This document shows, piece after piece, positions 25,690 through 39,264 of a stretch of 64,000 nucleotides of DNA. The position numbers and the translations under genes are program-made. Position 1 is the stretch's first letter. The number at the start of each line of letters is the position of its first letter. The stretch is from Eledone cirrhosa (taxonomy: Eukaryota). The DNA lies in contig OZ024740.1 of the NCBI GenBank assembly GCA_964016885.1, forward strand, positions 88,412,001 through 88,476,000, given 5' to 3'. Below the pieces are notes generated by a model. That model worked only from the letters and a program-made list of their open reading frames with translations. It did no database searches and was not told the DNA's origin.

Positions 25690-26315
25690 GAAATGACCTT
25701 GTCAATCATGTTTTATGGAGGGGTTTGACCACATCTATTACAGTCTTGCTGGTCGCTGATGAGAGAGAGACATAGGACATACAGACTTAGCTGCAGTGAC
25801 TGCAAGGGAAACTCAGCTCTGGCTTCATGATGCTGTGTCACGTGTCACGTTCGTCCACCGGACTTTTCCTGTCTCCACATCAACCCTGCGATCATCATCA
25901 AAGGAGCAAGATTCATGTGTCACCAGGTTAAAAGTTCAGAGGCCACATCGGGCCAATGGCGATGGATAAGGTGAAACGCTTGAAAGGATTTCTTCAGATA
26001 TTCATTGTACATTTTGCGGTATCCCTCTGTTACGGTAGATAGAATAATGTTCGTCATACAGTGAGATATTGTGAAAGCGATGATGCCCCATCCATAAAAC
26101 ATGCCATTCCCAGCACATCAGTGTCTTTCCACAAGGCCGTGATACAACTAGGCCCTCAATGATCAAGGCCCTCAATGCTGGTAACAAAGTCACTCCAGCA
26201 GTATGGAGAATAGTGATTATGCAGTGCTGGTGGAAACACTCAACGAGTCGTGGGTAATGCTGATGTGTGACGCATGACTCGGCCTATACAGAGAGGGAGG
26301 GTTCAGTACAACGGC
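25690..26315 (-). mobile_element. Decayed RTE (BovB-like) LINE 3' fragment
   Basis: Frameshifted LMCWEWHVLWMGHHRFH..LY..RG.P / EYLKKSFQAFHL..W resembles the RTE LRWAGHV-RM..RLPK..YKD.LK region. Confidence 0.65.
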
Positions 26316-26319
26316 TCTC

Positions 26320-26364
<45 letters not shown>

Positions 26365-28059
26365 ACACATATTTATATGTATATAGATATGTGTGCGTGT
26401 ATATACACGCACACATATCTATTTCTATTTTCCTTTTCATGTCATTTTAGTCTCACTGTATTAATATCACTTTTAACTTAACCCACTCGAGTTTCTAGTT
26501 TATCTATATAATTCTCTTGAGCCCTTTTCCTCATAAACATGTTCAATCTGATGTAGATTTGAGTTGCAGTACTTTAGCTAAATTAATGTACTTTCAATAT
26601 TTTCATATATAATCAAATATCTTGACATGTAACAAAAACACAAAACCGGGAATCTAGGAAATGGATGGGTCAAATCATTTACATTGACCTCAGTATTCTC
26701 AAAATAACCTTATATCGTGAGTCTCCTTGTCAGAAATAGCTGTGAATTCTTCCTGAAATGATATCCTTCTGTCTTACATAAAGTAAAGTGGCGCATAGGG
26801 TAATATAAATTGATTCTCATCATAGCCCTGTTAGATCAGTGTTTACCGCCGGCTAATCATCATCAACAACAACTATTACTTTCATTGGCACTATATGGTA
26901 GAAACGTTCAAATCAAATCGGTGGGATTACAGTCCAGAACTCGTACGTTCCATAATATATTGTAACCGCCATTTTATCGATTTTAACAAACTTCTGATTT
27001 ACATAATTTAAAATGACTATTTGTAGCGTAGAGGACCACAAATATAGGTAGAATTATAGTCGATTAAATCAACCCTGTTCTTGGCTGGTGCTTTATCTCA
27101 TCAACACCAGAAAAGGCATTACTGACCGGAATGTGATTTTGAACTCACAAATAAAGAGATATAAGTAACTAACGAAAGGATCATGTGGAACGCGATGCTC
27201 TATTCATCCTGCGAAATCACCCTCCTTATAACATTTCCTCTACTAATGCTATGAATGTCTTGATGCTCGTTCAGACGTTTAATTCACACTTGGAATCATT
27301 TAATCTCACATCTGTTGTTACAGAGATTAAATCGCACCTCTGTATTTGATTTGTCGCCTGTTCAGATTCATTGGAAAATAAACTATAGATAAAACACTAT
27401 TTTCGACTCAGTACACATTTTCTCAATATTTCAGCAATTTGCTTTGTACCTGAGTTGCGAAAAACAGTATGTTGTTTTTACATAAAATGTAATTTCGAAA
27501 TCTGCAAGCCAAACCAAACAATACTTTTACATATTTCGTTTTCTCCATAATTACAAATGCTGCAAGAGATAACTTTAAATTGCCTCTACTCAAACTCTAT
27601 GATATGAGAAACAATACTATACTACGGATGATTCCAGTTAGCAATTCCTCTACTGTAAAAAACTTGTTTCTATACCTACAAAATAAATATTTCCCTAACA
27701 TCTTAGAATTAATATTGATATAAAAGATATTGTAATATGAGGAAACATTCAAGTTGAATGCTAAAACTGACTTCACTTATTCAGTTGAATAAAGCTTGAA
27801 CTTCACAACCTCACACCTCGTATTTTTCCCCCATAAAATATCAATCTTATGCAATTAATGTTTCCGTAAAGTAATTATTTCTGACTATCAAATAATTAAT
27901 TATCTTTGAAATGTTAAAAAACGAATAGACAATAACATTGCTTAGTGAGATCATTAGTTCAGTTATGTTATATTTTCACAATGCTATTTTGTTTTCTTTA
28001 TGTAAACATAAGGTTTCCGACAATAGTAAAATATTTCATTTATCACCACTTCAGCAACT

Positions 28060-28790
28060 ATTAGGAGGCTACGCCTCACGGAGAAGATCAGAATATGTCT
28101 AATCTATTTGGAAGACTGTTGGATGACATGTATCTGAATTTCATAAAGCTAAATTTATCACACATTATGTCATATAGAATCTTTCAGGGAACAATATCAC
28201 GGATAGAAATATGTGTGATTACCTGAAGGATTCTCTGAAGGTCGACTTCAACACCGAAACATGGGAAAATACTGCAACAGACACAGCACACTGGCGAAAT
28301 CTGAATGCTACCCATGTTAATGAATCTATAAAAAAGCAGAGAGCCTATGCTAAGGTGAAGCTAGCAGCTAAATATATGGGGGGTGTTAATCCACTCCCAG
28401 AACGGGGTTCGAAAGAGACTCATGACTATAAATGATCCGGAGGTGAATGATATCAAAGGCTGAGCATCAAAGGCATAGCAGGCATTCAGAGAAATGATAC
28501 CTTTGAGTACCACACACATCTTGAGTTTGCATGTGACATCTGTACCAAAGTAGGTAACTCTAGAGGCAGACTAACATGGCACAACAAAGCATATCACCCC
28601 ATTCAAACTCAAGCAGGTGGAAAACTTGCACAATGTGTGGTAAGGTATGTAAGTCACTTCCAGGTTTGACGAACCCTCTATGGCGATATAAGTACAGAAA
28701 TATCAATAACAAGTTTTTGACAATGTATTGTTTTCTAAGAATTTGTTGTACTCAGGGACGAGATGGCTTCCACTACTATGTATATATGTA
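28060..28790 (+). mobile_element. Decayed RTE LINE 3' fragment with C2H2 zinc-finger relics
   Basis: DYLKDSLK..ETWENTATD..WR, CDICTK and CTMCGKVCKSLPGL; ends TACTC..ACGAGATGGCTTCCAC plus a TATG-like tail. Confidence 0.65.
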
Positions 28791-29114
28791 TGAATGTTTG
28801 TATGTATGTTCTTCTGGTTTTATAATTTCACAAATTTTTGCCAACAGAGAGAGAGAGAGAGAATCGGTTTCTAACATAGATACAAGACTCTCTCAATGGA
28901 ATTTACACAACATCAACTAGGTAGATATGTCTGCATGTCTGCATGCATGCATGTGTTCTGGTATGGATGTTATTGTATGTGTGGATGTGTATATTTTGAG
29001 TTGTATGTGTGCATGTGAATATACTGTACAAGTGTATATGCAGTTATTAGATGCAGAATGTTTGGAATGTTTTACCTATTTTTACTGTTCCATTAATGGA
29101 TTCTACTTGTAATT

Positions 29115-30116
29115 TCCTAACTAGTCCTGTTCTTTGTTTCCCAGCTTCTCAGGGTCCCAATAATCGCATGCATAAATTGAAGGTATAGTCAGGGTGGAAT
29201 ATCTGCAGATTTCTCATTAGTTCTGCATAGATATTCTCATTTTCACTAATCTTTGATATTATATTGGCATCTGCTGGGCAGCTAACTTCCACTACTGTGC
29301 ATGCCTTCTTTTCCCTGTCCCATATCATTATATGTTGTCTGTTATGCCTGCACTCTTTCATATTATGTATATATATGTCTTCTACATTGCTGTAGCCTTT
29401 AATGTGTTTATTATCGGGGTTATCTTTTCTAGGTATTGCATTGTACTGTGTTTTGGCCACTACACCATGCCTCATAGCTAGATAGTACCGCGATGACATC
29501 TTTGGACAGTTGATTAGGACATGCTTCGATGTTAATTCTGCCGAGTCTGCACTTGTCACATCAAGGTGTTTTGCCTGCATCCCTATCTCTTTTGTGAATC
29601 AGGTCTTTTGTGCTGATTTCCTGTTCTTAGAATACAAAAGCGTATCCTTGAAAGTGGGAGCCAATATAGCGGTTGTTGGTTCAAGAGAGACTACTTTATT
29701 TATCTATATTACACTCACTCTGGAGCTTCCTGGCAACATATCCATGCTTTATTTTTTGCTGATAAGCATGCAGCTTTTCATCCATGGATTCACTGAGGTA
29801 CTGCTGGGCAACTTCCCTGGGTGTGAGTTTTTGATTATCATGCAGGGAATATCTCTCAAGGAGTTCCTTCCCAATTCTCATGATCTTAATTGTCTCATGC
29901 ATGGGCTCGATAGACGGGCTCCTATGCTTCGTGGTACGTAAATGTTGTCGGAGAGATATGATGCGACATTCAAATGCTATCTGGACTGATGTTACGCCTC
30001 TGCCTCCCTGCTTACGTTTCAAGTAAAGGCGGTCTATATCACTGTTGATGTGGAAGTTTCCGGTGTTGTTTAGTATTTTTCGAGTCCTCATATCAATTAC
30101 GCGGATTTCGTCTATC
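29115..30116 (-). mobile_element. Decayed Dong/R4 (RLE) fragment, family D
   Basis: SDIDRLYLKRKQGGRG, KHVLINC..RH, VEVSCP motifs in broken frames. Confidence 0.8.
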
Positions 30117-30149
30117 GTCTATGTATGTATGTATGCATGTATGTATTAT

Positions 30150-31980
30150 GTCAGGTCACCAGTTGGTGCTACTAGTAACATGTATCCCACTACAACCTGT
30201 CTCATGGTCGGGTCGTTGGCGACTAAACTGGCAACCCCACCAAGGTTTCTTGGTGAGGAGGGTGACTTTGGACATCCTGCAGGACTAAAAACAAAACCTG
30301 TCAAAGGACAAAGGAGCTCTTAAGAGTCAATGACCATCCAAAATCACCGAGAGAGATGATCCCTTAGCCTTTGTCAAGGCAGAATTCTAGGAGAAGGAAA
30401 ACTCTGATATAACACCTGCAACCCTGATGGTATCCAATGATGTTGACTTGTTCTTCTTTTTGGTAAATATCATCTTGGTTAAGAGAGTAGGACTGGCTTT
30501 GTGCAGTGCCTTTGCTCACTATAAAAGCTTCACGGCACAAGCATTGCTTTATATCTGGAGATCTCTCTGCACTTGTCGTCACATGGTACCATGGGCCCAG
30601 CACTATGTGTGAATAATTGTCACAAGTGTAGTGTTTGTACCAGAGCTTTCAAGTCGCTGGCTGGACTAAAAAGTCACACTCGTTCAGCGCATCGGTAGGG
30701 GTTCACCTACATGGATATAAAGTAGTGGTCGTACTCGAATACGAGTTGGCAGCCACCAAGTATGTATGTATGTATGTATGTATGTATGTATGTATGTATG
30801 TATGTATGTACCGTGCGGTTAAACCACTGGGAGTGAAGGACCCCTAGCCTTTGTCAGGGCATTCTTCTGGGAGAAGGCAACCAGGGAACTGGGATAACTC
30901 CGATACAAAACCTGCGGCTCTGTAGTAACCGATGATGTTGATCTTTTCTTCTTTTCAGGTTATAGCTACTGTCGCTCAGAGAGTGGGATTGGCTCAGTGC
31001 ACAGTCTTTCCTCACTTTAAAAAATATCTTCACGCACAGGCATTGCACGATAGAATTAATTAATTGCTTCTATTTTTGGCACAGGGCTAGCAATTAACAA
31101 GTACATTACTGGTACTTTATTTTATCGACACCGTAAGGATGAAAGGCAAAGTTAACATCGAAGGGATTTGAACTCAGATCATAAAGGGACGTAACTCTAT
31201 GCTTCAAAGCATGGTGTCCGACTCTCTACCGACACTGCCAATCCACCGCCCTTACGATAGAATTAATTAATTATTATTAATAATGGTATATCATGCAATA
31301 GCCATACTCGATAACGAGGGGGCAGCCATCATGTATGTATGCATGTATGTATGTATGTATGTATGTATGTATGTATGTATGTATGTATGTATGTATGTAT
31401 GTATGTATCACAGTACAACCTGTCTCATGGTCGGGTCGTTGGCGACTAAACTGGCAACCCCACGAAGGTTTCTTGGTGAGGAGGGTGACTTTGGACATCC
31501 TGCAGGACTAAAAACAAAACCTGTCAAAGGGCAAAGGAGCTCTTAAGAGTCAATGGCCATCCAAAATCACTGGGAGAGATGACCCCTTAGCCTTTGTCAA
31601 GGCAGAATTCTAGGAGAAGGAAAACTCTGATATAACACCTGCAACCCTGATGGTATCCAATGATGTTGACTTGTTCTTCTTTTTGGTAAATATCATCTTG
31701 GTTAAGAGAGTGGGACTGGCTTTGTGCAGTGCCTTTGCTCACTATAAAAGCTTCACGGCACAGGCATTGCTTTATATCTGGAGATCTCTCTGCACTTGTC
31801 GTCACATGGTACCATGGGCCCAGCACTATGTGTCAATAATTGTTACAGGTGTAGTGTTTGTACCAGAGTTTTCAAGTTGCTGGCTGGACTAAAAAGTCAC
31901 ACTCGTTCAGTGCATCGGTAGGGGTTCTCCTACATGGATATAAAGTAGTGGCCGTACTCGAAAACGAGTTGGCAGCCACC
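30150..31980 (+). mobile_element. Three tandem bipartite non-autonomous RTE derivatives (30150-30759, 30811-31331, ~31409-31980) separated by (TATG)n
   Basis: RTE-5'UTR-like CTAGGAGAAGGAAAACTCTGA body fused to an RTE C-terminal finger HKCSVCTRAFKSLAGLKSHTRSAH* (30621-30698) and the tail TACTCG..ACGAG.TGGCAGCCAC(TATG)n. Copies 1 and 3 are nearly identical. Confidence 0.75.
31066..31253 (-). mobile_element. Full-length tRNA-derived MetaSINE-like SINE with 19-bp TSD
   Basis: A box TGGCAGTGTCGG, B box GAGTTCAAATCC and GCCTTTCATCC..GTCGATAAAATAAAGTACCAG core. TSD ACGATAGAATTAATTAATT at 31047-31065 and 31254-31272. Confidence 0.9.
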
Positions 31981-32019
31981 ATGTATGTATGTATGTATGT
32001 ATGTATGTATGTATGTATG

Positions 32020-32050
<31 letters not shown>

Positions 32051-32571
32051 GTATCTATCTATCTATCTATATATATATATATGTCTGTATGTCCGTCTGT
32101 CTGTCTGTCTATGAGTACGAAAGCATGTTTAACTGAACAGAACACTATCCTTGAGAATTAAAAGAAAACATATTTATTTATGATAACTTGCAGATGGTAT
32201 GAGGTGTCTTCTAGAGAGTTCTAGACGAAAAGGTGAATGTACGGTGGCACATTAACTTTCGATGGATAACTTTCTTGAAGAACAGTTTACTGGCATCAAT
32301 ACGCTGCAGATCTTCGCTAGACTACATTGATGTCAAGTTTCATTATTAATTTCCACTCACTAACATTTTTAGTAGTATTTGGACACGCATATATGATGAA
32401 TTTGTAAACAACATATTCTATCGGGTTTATTACATTCTAAAGTCTATTCTGGATCTTGAATGGATTAATATAACATTGAATCGTTCTCAGACAGTCATTT
32501 TGACTTATCAAGTAAACATACATGACAATCTAATTGGTGTTACATACATATTGACATACCTAGAAGTATAT

Positions 32572-32648
<77 letters not shown>

Positions 32649-32649
32649 A

Positions 32650-32935
32650 AACCTATTTGTATGTATGTATAAATGTATGTCTATAATGGTAATTAAATTG
32701 TCGTATAAGTTGAAATAGTTGACCTAATACACACGTGCTATTCTTCACACAATTTCCCCCTTGCTTCCTCTTCTCACTCTCTATCCTTTTATTTCTCGTT
32801 CTATCTTCTGGCGAAGGAATAGTATCCGAAACGTAAAACATCTTTTCCTACTATATCAAGCATTCAACTAAAATATTTCTTCATCGTATTATGTTATTTC
32901 CTTTGTTGTTTCCGTTTAATTCATAGACATATACC

Positions 32936-32970
<35 letters not shown>

Positions 32971-32974
32971 TATC

Positions 32975-33006
<32 letters not shown>

Positions 33007-33275
33007 GATAACCGATTTGAATGTATGTAACGGTTACTAAATTGTCATATATGTTTACTTAATAAGTTGTAATGGTCGACTGTACACACGTGCTTTTTCT
33101 CAAAAAAGTCTTTTCTCTTCTATCCTCCAGTTTCATTTCAACTTTTATTTTTTCACTCTATCTTCAGGTGAAGGATTAGTGTCCGAAACCTAAACAATAT
33201 TTTCTTACTATATCAAACGTTAAAATAATATATTTCTCCGTTATATTGTGTTGTTTCCTTTTTTGTTTCCGAATA
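32650..33275 (+). mobile_element. Two diverged PLE-pLTR-like repeats, each with a decayed minimal hammerhead
   Basis: CTGGCGA-AGGA..TCC-GAAA-CG-TA (32808-32835) and CAGGTGA-AGGA..TCC-GAAA-CC-TA (33165-33192) in alignable ~270-bp units separated by (TA)n. Confidence 0.55.
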
Positions 33276-34644
33276 TATATATATATACATGTGTGCGTGT
33301 GTTTTCTGTGTATGTGTGTGCGTGTGTGTGTGTGTATGCATCTGTGTGTGTTCAATATGAATAAATACTTCACTTCTTTTTTAGCTTTTACTCAACGAAG
33401 AATATGCGGCTATAAACTACCTTTTCAGATCTCAGAAATAATCGTTTACAAATAGGACTAAAAATTTTAAACATATATACTTCCAATAATGACTCAATAT
33501 TTATAAATTCCATTGAAACTGCATATACGCAATATTTCTGGCATAATATTTTCTGGCACATCAACACATTTACAAATCATAGTCCTTCATACATGCGTAC
33601 GAATAATCACGGTTACATACACACAGACAAACGCGTACAGGTAAGTAGAAAACCTAAAATAGACACGTCTTTCACATCAAACCGTGAACAGCTTTCTCTC
33701 ATCATGTTTGTTGCACCTTCTTCAATGGTGTGCATTAAAAAAGTTCCAATCCATATGACTTTATAGAAACTAGAGTAGAGTATATTCTCATATCATCTGC
33801 CTACGATTTTCTGATTTTAGCGGATAAATTTAGCACAGCAGAAAGCAAGCTTAACATATTACTAATGCTAAAAATGTTGATTGCAGTCTGATTTGATATG
33901 TCACCGATTCCATTCTCCCACACTGACTCTCATTCTTATCAAATCATAGGAAACTCGATTATTTCTTTGTACGTATGCTGCAAAGATTACTGAAATACTG
34001 TTATCAATAATGTATCACATTGACTGACTGTTTCCATTATCCTTGACCAATCGCCAATGTTCTACTCGTTATTTTCTTCTCATGAATTATTGAATTCATC
34101 TCTAATACAGATTCTTGTTTTGTTGAACACACAGAAGACGTTAATGTCGCAATAGAATTAGTTTTGTTTTTTATTTTTTTCTTCCATGTTTCAAATGATA
34201 TTTTCCCCTGAATATTTTTACTTTGCAGAACAAAAATTACATTTTCTATTCTTGATATTTTTTTGTTCAGTTTTTTTAAATTTTGTTTTGTTTTGTTGCG
34301 TTTTATTTCTTCTAATATCGAGGTTATAATGATACGGTGTTCGTTTTCATAAATTTCTCCATTATATTTTATAATCAACAGACTGTGACAGACAGACATT
34401 CTATTCGAGTCCCTGTTTCAAGTCATTTACATCCTTCTAGCTCGAAGCATCCATCAATGTTACGTCTACAAGCTTCAGACAAAAAGTAATTATCAATACC
34501 TCTAGGTTGATTCTTAAACTTCAAATTAGTTTCCGAACTTTTAGAAGCAATTCTAGAACAGATGCTATTGAGAATATCATCAAGATTGACAACTACAGTG
34601 AAATTATTTGATATGGTGATAATAATAATAATAATAATAATAAT

Positions 34645-36913
34645 GCTTTCTTTATTAACCACAAGGGTCTACATAAAGTAGACATTAAGGACAGTACAGG
34701 ACAATACAGGGCTGTACAAATGGGCATTTCTGCGTGTAAAAAACAAGAAACAGAGGATGTAATAATAGAACAATGAAAAAATTCCCCAATAGAGGGGAGA
34801 CTTCCGAGGGACATTCGTGGCGAAAGCCCATTAAAAAGCCACAGTGACTCTGAACACCAGGGCAAGTGCCATCTCCCAGCTTTCCACCTTTAATTTACAG
34901 ACAAATACTCAGAGTAGGCCCATTCACTCTGGCCATTGTTGCCTTTCTCACCCATATTTCAACAAAATGCTGGGAAGAGAGCACTTCCCTTTCTACCCTG
35001 ATTTTCCTTTTTTAATGAAAATTGAAAAAGTTAATCAGGGCATCACCGAAGAGGTAAGTGCTCGTCTTCAGCCCTTTCAACCGTGTCCACCATACTATCT
35101 CTTTCGCCATGGCCACCAGACAGATAAAAACTGCCTACACTTCCCGGCTAAAGGAAGAGGGCGGGGCAATCCTCACGATGGGCTCGGCTGATAGCTGGAT
35201 CCGTCCTACACGCGACAGCAGGTGTTCGACATAAACCCACAAGTCAGCAATGCTCGGGCACTGGGCGAGTGCGTGCAGGACGGTTTCGTCGCCCTGTGCG
35301 CAACTCGGACATGCCCGGCTGACGGCACCTCCATGCCTGTAGAGTTTATCCCGAAATGGCAAAGCTCCTCGGTAGCACTGCCAGGCCAGGGATTTCTGGA
35401 AGTTGTCCATAGGCCCCGGCCCGAAAGTTCTTCCGAAGAGATTGGCTAGTTGATTTTCGTCGACGCCTAGAGGTTCCCCATGTACGTCGACGCTCTTCCC
35501 CTCCACTAATCCTCAATAGAACGCCAAGGTGGAGTTTCCACCGATCACATTGCCCGATTGGTCGAGGGCTGTGAGCGCCTGAAGACATTCCAGTCTCCAA
35601 GCGCTCTCTCTCGGTCTTCGCTTGACCCGGGACTGCAGCTCCGTCAAGGAGACGAGCTGGGCAAAGCCGCGTCTAGCAAACGGAGACCACAGCTGATCAG
35701 CGTCGTGGAAGAGGTGGAGAAGTCGTAGCCTGAGCGCGTGTCTGCGCATCGTCAGCCACGGCATTCCCAGCCTTCCACGTAGCGGGTGTTGACAGCAAAT
35801 GGACCGCCTGAACATCGGTGTGCGTTCCTTCCACAAAAAGCGAAAGAGCAAACGCTCCAGCGCAGTCAGGCGGGGCTTAGGACAAGGTACGACGGTCAGG
35901 CGGTAGTAGATGACGGACGCGATGTACGCGTTAGCCACCTCCGCTTCACCTTTCAGGGATAGCTTCCTCTCCGCCCATTTCTGGGTGAGAGAAGCCAACC
36001 TGCTCGTCACCTCGTCCCAGTTTTTGTCCGTCTGGAGATCCGGACCGAACCAGACACCGAGCAATTTAACTGGTCCGTCCAGCGCTCGACGACACTGTTG
36101 GACGGCATGGACCTGCCTCTCCAAGTGCCGAGCTGCAGGCCCACTGACTTTTCCTGGTTGATCATTGCTCCTGTCACCGCTTCGTATTCTCTTAGTGTAG
36201 TGCCGATCGCCTCGATGAGTTTGGCTTTCGACACCACTACAGTGACATCTTCCGCATATGCTGAAATGGATCTTTCGCATCCTAGTTCGCGCCGGACCCC
36301 CTCAACGTCTCCAGTTTGTGCAGTAATGTCTCGAGAGTCAATACGTACAAGAGGGACGAGATGGGACATCCTTGGTGGACCGAGCACATGATGTTGAACG
36401 GTTCCGAAAGATGACGGTTCACTCTCACCACAGAGCAGAAGTCGCTGTGCATGGCAGTGATCTAGCCTCTGAAGACGGGCCCAAAGCCAGCCGCCCTCAG
36501 GACTGCCGCTAGGTAACGATGGTCGACCCTATCGAAAGCTTTCGACTGATCTAAATTGATCAAGGACCCACCCGTGCTAGGTTCCCTAGCTACCCTCTCT
36601 ACGATGTATTGCATGAGGTGGAGGTTGTCGTGGATGGATCTGTCGGGAATGGAGCATGTCTGCGCCTCTCCCACTAGACCACCAACGTCAAGCGCCAACC
36701 TCTTTGCTAGCACCTTGGCCAAAATCTTGAACTCTGTGTTTAGCAGAGTTATGGGCCTAAAATTATCTATGTTATCCCCCTTGTTCGGATCCTTTCTCAG
36801 CAGCGCCACAGCTCTTCGGCTCATAGAACTGGGAATTCTCCCGTTCTGTTGCCAGTTGCAGTAGACGTCCGCCAAGAGGGCTCACGATAATACGATTTCC
36901 TACATAGGTCGCC
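34645..36913 (-). mobile_element. Tx1 family 2, internally deleted copy retaining the exact 5' end
   Basis: RT and C-terminal fragments plus 3' UTR; 36879-36913 matches the first ~35 nt of the 55410 copy; (AAT)n on both sides. Confidence 0.92.
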
Positions 36914-36960
<47 letters not shown>

Positions 36961-36963
<3 letters not shown>

Positions 36964-38900
36964 ATATCCCCCGTTGTCAGGAGGTTTTTGTCATTCAGCA
37001 TGAAGACATGGAAAACGACACTCCTTTTGAATAGTGAAACAAAATCACTGGAAGCTGGAGAAGTTAATATTAATTGTTGAATTTTTCAGGGTGACTCTTT
37101 ATCACCGCTTTTATTCTGCATCGCATTTATACAATTAAATAAAATGCTCAATGAAACAAAACATGGATATAAAGTCTATGACAAAACCATTAATCACTTG
37201 TTCTACATGGATGACCTGAAACTATTTGCAAAAAATGATGAACAATTGCAAGGGCTATTATCCATTGTGGAGCAGTTCAGTGATGACATTAAAATGGAGT
37301 TTGGACTAGATAAATGCGCCAAAGCAACGTTCACCAGAGGAAAGCTGCTGAAGAGTTCAGACATTAATCTTGATCGGGGGAACGTGATAAGAGAACTTGA
37401 TCAAGAAAAAACTTACAAATATCTAGGTGTTTTTGAAGGAGACGGAATCAAGCACTCGACAATGAGGGAAAGGATAAGGAAGGAATGTTACCGCAGAGTA
37501 AGAGCAATCTTAAGAACGGAATTGAATGCAAGGAATAGGATCGATGCCATAAACACGCTTGCCATACCAGTAGTAACCTACAGTTACAATGTCATCAACT
37601 GGTCAAGCACAGAGATCCGTAGGCTCGATACAAAAATTCGAAAATTCTTAACCATGCACAGAATGCATCACTCTAAGGCAGATATAGATAGAATATATCT
37701 CCCTAGGAAAGAAGGAGGACGTGGGTTAATCCAGTTAGACATTGCGTTGAAAACGGCAACAATTGGATTATCTACATATCTAAGGGAATCACATAATTGG
37801 ATGATCAAACTCGTTTTGAAACACGAAAGCATCAAAAGATCATATTCCATTACAAAAGATGCACAAAGATACAGTAATGGACTACAAATTTCAGAAGTCC
37901 CATTTACTGCTGAAATGGAAAACACAGAAAAAGCAAAGCAGGTAAAAGTAACTGCAAAGAAAGAACTGCTACAGAAACTGGCTACGAAATGGCAAGAAAA
38001 GCCTCTGTATGGAAAATACCCAGAGCGAGCTAACAATCCTGATGTTGACAAAACTTTAACCCATCAGTGGTTGGCATCCTCTGGACTGAAATCGGAGACT
38101 GAAGGACTGATTATATCAGCACAAGATCTGTGTCTGCCAACAAAAAATTACCAAGCCAACATAATAAAAAAATGGATGCAGCTCATTATGCCGTGTATGC
38201 AAAAAACAACCAGAGACCATTGACCATATAATTTCAATGTGCAGTCCTATAGCTCCAACCGAATACCTAAACAGGCATGACAGAGCTGCACAATACATAC
38301 ATTGGATAATGTGTAAGCATTTTGACCTGCCCCATCAAAAGAATTGGTGGGAGCATCAACCACCTCCCATACTTGAAAAAGATCACATCTCAATCTTGTG
38401 GAACTTTAGCATCTAAACAGACCGAAAAATAGATGCAAATAGACCTGATATAATATTGAAGGACTTTAAAAAGAGGGTATGCCTGCTAATTGATATGTCT
38501 GTTCCAATAGACAAGAATGTATCTATAAAAACATTTGAAAAATTGAGCAAGTATAAGGACCTAGAGATAGAAATTGGAAAAATCTGGAAATTGAGAACTG
38601 AAACAATACCAGCCGTTGTAGGCGCTCTGGGAATGATACCTAAGGGGTCTAATGATTACTTATCGCAAATCACAGGAAACCCGCGTATAGGAGAAATACA
38701 AAAGATAGTACTAATGGGAACTGCTCATATACTAAGGAAGATTCTGTCAATATAAGTACATCACAAGTCTAAACACTAAAGATGCATGTGTGAGTATGTA
38801 TGTTCTTCCTTGAACATGGCGGACCTTGTTGTCTCTTGAGGTCACTGGTTGTGACTTAGTTAATAACTCGTATGAACATAAAGCAAGATAAATGCAACTG
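36961..38900 (+). mobile_element. Dong/R4 family A, 5'-truncated
   Basis: QGDSLSP, FYMDDLK, RIYLPRKEGGRG and RLE tail; near-identical to 46050-47985; (AAT)n flanks. Confidence 0.93.
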
Positions 38901-38917
38901 TAATAATAATAATAATA

Positions 38918-39211
38918 AACTAAAACAATACCAGTGGTTGTAGGCGCTCTAGGAATGATACCTAAGGGGTCTAATGATTATTTATCGCAAATCCCAGTAT
39001 AGGAGAAATACGAAAGATAGTACTAATGGGAACTGCCCATATACTAAGGAAGATTCTGTCAATATAAGTACATCACAAGTCTAAACATCTAAACATGCAT
39101 GTGTGAGTATGTATGTTCTTTCTTGAACATGGCGGAACTTGTTGTCTCTTGAGGTCACTGGTTGTGACTTGGTGATAACTCGTATGAACATAAAGCAAGA
39201 TAAATGCAGCT

Positions 39212-39212
<1 letters not shown>
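38918..39212 (+). mobile_element. Dong/R4 family A, short 3' fragment
   Basis: Repeats the last ~300 bp of family A between (AAT)n tracts. Confidence 0.9.
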
Positions 39213-39263
<51 letters not shown>

Positions 39264-39264
<1 letters not shown>

